64,000 bases of DNA, taken from Bacteroidota bacterium. Lineage in GTDB: Bacteria; Bacteroidota; Bacteroidia; AKYH767-A; OLB10. This document shows, in pieces, positions 60,258 through 64,000 of this stretch (position 1 is the stretch's first letter; each line of letters begins with the position of its first letter). The notes under the pieces were generated by a model. The model did not search any database, was not told the origin of the DNA, and was given only the letters and a program-made list of their open reading frames with translations. Location: positions 20,311 to 84,310 of the forward strand of contig JANLZB010000068.1 of assembly GCA_031366005.1 (NCBI GenBank), given 5' to 3'. The translations under genes and the position numbers were made by a program.

Positions 60258-63200
60258 ATGTCAAAGCAACTCATTTCACAGTATTACAATAAAGTTGATA
60301 AGCTCATTCAGTTTGGAGGCAGTGGTAAAGAAACTTCCGTGCGTAATGAGTTTTACAATCTCCTTTCTCATTATGGAGAAAAGAAAAACTTAGTGCTCGT
60401 TGCAGAATTGGCAGTACGCGGTACAAAAGGAAAAGATGTAACGCCTGACGGAACGTTGAAAAATATCCTTCGCCTTGATTATGGCTATTGGGAAAGCAAA
60501 GATGAAGCCCTTAACCTTGATGAAGAGATTGACAAGAAAATAAGAAAAGGTTATCCGCTCAACAATATTCTATTTGAGGATAGTAAGAATGCAATTCTAT
60601 TCCAGGGTGGACAGGAAGAGATGCGGATTGATATGCGAAAGCCAGATGAACTTGATCGCATACTCACTGCCTTTATCAATTTTGAAAAACCTGAGATTCG
60701 CAAGTTCAATGATGCGCTGGATCAATTTCAAAAAGATATTCCGACCATTCTTAAAACACTTCGCGAAAGAATTGATGAGGACGGAAAGAAGAATAAAAAC
60801 TTTCTTGCGGTAAGCGAAACGTTTCTCGAACTCTGCAAAGCGGAGATCAATCCTGACATCACAATGGCTGATGTGCGCGAGATGATGATACAGCATATTC
60901 TCACCAGCGACATCTTCAATAAAATTTTTGACGACCCGGAGTTTCACAGGCACAACAACATTGCAAGCGAGCTCGTAAGACTGATTGGCACATTGTTCAG
61001 TTACAGCGAACGCAAAAACCTGTTGGGAAGTATTGAGCATTATTACGATGCCATCAATGCTGCTGCGGCAGGTATTGTTGACCACCACGAACGGCAAAAG
61101 TTTTTAAAAGCGCTCTACGAAAATTTTTACAAAGCATACAACCCCAAAGCAGCCGACCGTCTCGGTGTGGTTTACACGCCCAACGAGATTGTGGATTTTA
61201 TGATTGACAGCACCAATTACCTGCTCGAAAAACATTTTAAGCGCGTGCTCTGGGATAAGAATGTGGAGATACTTGACCCTGCTACCGGCACAGGCACTTT
61301 CATCTGCAACATGATTGACAAATGCCCGCCACAGTATTTGGCGCACAAATACAAAAACGAACTGCACGCCAATGATGTAGCTATATTGCCTTACTACATT
61401 GCAAACCTCAACATTGAATTTATCTTTAAGCAGAAGATGGGTTATTTTGAACAGTTCGAGAATATTTGTTTTGTTGACACTTTGGATAATACTGATGCCT
61501 TGCATTACAGTCGGAAACAGCATGATTTATTTGGATTAAGCAGCGAAAACACAGCACGGATAAGAAGACAAAACAGAAAAAAAATCTCTGTCATAATAGG
61601 TAATCCACCTTACAATGCCAATCAACAAAATGAAAATGATAACAATAAAAAAAGGGATTACCTAGAACTCGATGAAAAAATTAGGGATACATATGTAAAA
61701 TATAGTACTTCTCAAAAAACAAAAGTGTATGATATGTATGCTCGTTTTTTCCGATGGGCGAGTGATAGAATTTTTAAGGATGGAGTTGTTTGTTTTATTA
61801 CAAACAATTCTTTTTTGAATGCAAGGGATTTGATGGTTTCAGGAAAAGTATTCAGGAAGAATTCGATTTTGCTTATGTAGTTGATTTGGACGGGGATGTC
61901 CGTTCAAATCCAGCACAAGCGAAAGGAAATGTGTTCGGAATTATGGTTGGAGTATCAATTACGTTTCTTATTAAATTAGATAAGCCGAATAAAAAAAGTT
62001 GTCAGATTAAATATTTTAAACCTGATTTTCTGTTAGCTAAAGAAAAAATAGAATTCCTAACCAACTTTACTGACAATGGAAAATTTGACGTTATTGAATT
62101 TGTAAACATTTCACCAAATAAAAATAATGATTGGCTGAATATTGCTGATAATGATTTTGACGAGCTTATTCCATTGCTTAATAAAAAATCAAAAAAGAAA
62201 GTATTTGAAATATATTCAAATGGCATCTCCACAAATCGCGATGAGTGGGTTTATGATTTTAATAAAGACAACTTAGAAAAAAAATCCAATTTTTTTATAA
62301 ACGAATATAATAGTGAGTTAGACAGATGGATTGAATACAAGAATAAAAATAAATACACTGATATTAAAGCTGAGTCAAATCCAGTTGTAGATGCCTTTCT
62401 TCATTTGAGAAATCAAATTAAATGGAGTAAGATGATTAAAAGAGATAAATTTAGAAAAGAGAAGAAAGGGAAATTTGATTCCAATGATATACGATTATCT
62501 AATTATCGCCCATTTTCTAAACAATACATATATTTTGGATATATACCTATCGATTTAAGAGCTTTGTTTGACTTAATTTTTCCTATTGGAAAAGAAAATA
62601 ATCTGGTCATCGCTGTAAATCATACATCAAGTAAAGATTTTAATGTTTTGGCTTCAGATAAAATATTTGATCTTCATTATAATGGAGATACAAGCTGTTT
62701 ACCACTTTACTCCTACACCGAAAAAGGTGAGCGCATAGAAAACATAACCGATTGGGGTCATGAACAATTTGTCACTCATTACAAAGACAAGAAGATAAAG
62801 AAAGAAGACATCTTTCATTACACCTATGCAGTGCTTCACAATCCTGCCTACCGCAAAAAATATGAATTGAATTTAAAGCGGGAGTTTCCACGCATCCCTT
62901 TTTATGATGACTTTTTTAAATGGGTCAATTGGGGTAAACAGTTAATAGATTTGCACATCAACTACGAAAATGCAAAACCCTATGCGCTAAAAGAAAACAC
63001 TTACAAAGTAAAAGCAGAAGCAAAACGGCAGAAAGAAATTTTTACCGAAGCCAAAGAACCTCAACCTATGTTTGGCAAGCAAGCAAAAATAAAAGTGAAA
63101 CTGAAAGCCGATAAAGAAGCAGGTATCATAGAAATTGATGAGCTCACCTTTTTATCAGGCGTTCCCAAAGAAGCCTATGAATACAAACTCGGCAACCGCT

Positions 63201-63388
63201 CCGCCATCGAATGGGTGTTAGATCAGTACAAGGAAAAGAAACCAAGCGATCCTACTATAGCAGAAAAATTTAATACTTATCGCTTTGCTGATTATAAGGA
63301 GCAAGTGATTGAGTTGCTGAAGAAGGTTTGTACTGTGAGTGTGGCGACAGTGGGGATTGTTAAAGAGATGGAAGGTCCTAGTAAATAA
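60258..63388 (+). pseudogene. Type IIG / ISP-like (helicase-less) restriction-modification enzyme, frameshifted at ~61825
   Basis: PDG..ESK nuclease motif, GVVYTP, ILDPATGTGTF, GNPPY and an ISP-type C-terminus (YRPF, LKREFPRIP, YKLGNRSAIEW); adding one G restores NARGFDGFRK. May be a sequencing error. Confidence 0.85.
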
Positions 63389-63398
63389 AAGTAAGTTT

Positions 63399-64000
63399 AT
63401 GATTACTCCTCGACCTACAGAATTTTATGATCTTAGTAATTGGGTTGTGCAATCTTGGCTTGTTCCCACAATAGGTTCACGCAATAAAAGTTTTGTTGAA
63501 GACCCAACTTCCCGTTCATTATATTTTTTTAAAGAATCTAAGCAGACTTACCCTTCAGAGTTCTGGTCAGAAATTATTGCGAGTAAAGTGGGATATGTTT
63601 TAGGTTTCGATTTGTTAGATTATAACATTGCAGTATTAAATAACAGGCCTGGCTGCATTTCAAAGAAAATGCACGATGATGGATTTTTTCAGGATCTTAT
63701 TCATGGTGTAAATATTTTAAAAGAAAAAGTTCCGGGATTTATAATTTCTACGCGACCGGTTATATCGATCCAGGAAATAATTAAAGCGTTTGAGGGAGAT
63801 AAGCAGTTAAAAAATTTTGTAACACCAATGATTGAAACAATAATTTTTGATGCAATAATTGGGAATACTGATCGTCATACAGAGAACTGGGGAATTATAA
63901 GGGCATTTGATTTTGATAAGTTTATAATAGAAACAATGCCAAACACAAAATGGTATCAAAAAGTTATTCTGCGTGTTGTCAGATCAATTGTAGCAAGGTT
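63399..64000 (+). CDS. HipA/CtkA-like kinase, 3'-truncated by the window edge (absent from the ORF track)
   Basis: My translation gives MITPRPTEFYD..GSRNK..YFFKES..EFWSEIIASKVG..FDAIIGNTDRHTENWG, matching the HipA-family kinase motifs. Confidence 0.85.
   Translation, partial: MITPRPTEFYDLSNWVVQSWLVPTIGSRNKSFVEDPTSRSLYFFKESKQTYPSEFWSEIIASKVGYVLGFDLLDYNIAVLNNRPGCISKKMHDDGFFQDLIHGVNILKEKVPGFIISTRPVISIQEIIKAFEGDKQLKNFVTPMIETIIFDAIIGNTDRHTENWGIIRAFDFDKFIIETMPNTKWYQKVILRVVRSIVAR

Noticed and set aside
1850-62232. Many short antisense or alternate-frame ORFs in the ORF track
   Set aside because: They overlap well-supported genes and show no recognisable motifs.
1-64000. rRNA, tRNA, IS transposase or integrase genes
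   Set aside because: None recognised by eye on either strand.

Overview
A 64-kb AT-rich Bacteroidota chromosomal segment, judged from T9SS C-terminal sorting domains, TAnnTTTG-type promoters and A-rich translation starts without Shine-Dalgarno sequences. It holds a phosphate porin-pstSCAB operon, idi, two very large PKD/type-B-CTD surface proteins, cdaA, mpg, a RecQ helicase, lptF, ribBA, a DUF2281/PIN toxin-antitoxin pair, bshB1, PNP, lpxK, a Nif3/zinc-ribbon pair, osmC, an Lhr-like helicase plus PdeM, and a TsdA-like cytochrome with a Tat/DsrE-like partner. It also has a propeller sensor kinase and NarL-type regulator beside a cluster of secreted proteins, and at the right end a defence island (type IIG/ISP-like RM enzyme, HipA-like kinase). 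The top finding is a non-coding array of about 650 bp (22254-22936) with eight hairpins that have a near-invariant loop, covarying stems, a candidate promoter and a terminator; it looks like an undescribed multi-hairpin or multi-unit ncRNA. Also notable are a four-copy promoter motif defining a likely local two-component regulon, a 12 x 21-bp repeat at the defence-island border, a palindromic element inserted in frame in a helicase gene, and two single-base frameshifts. All calls come from reading the sequence and motifs; no database searches were run.
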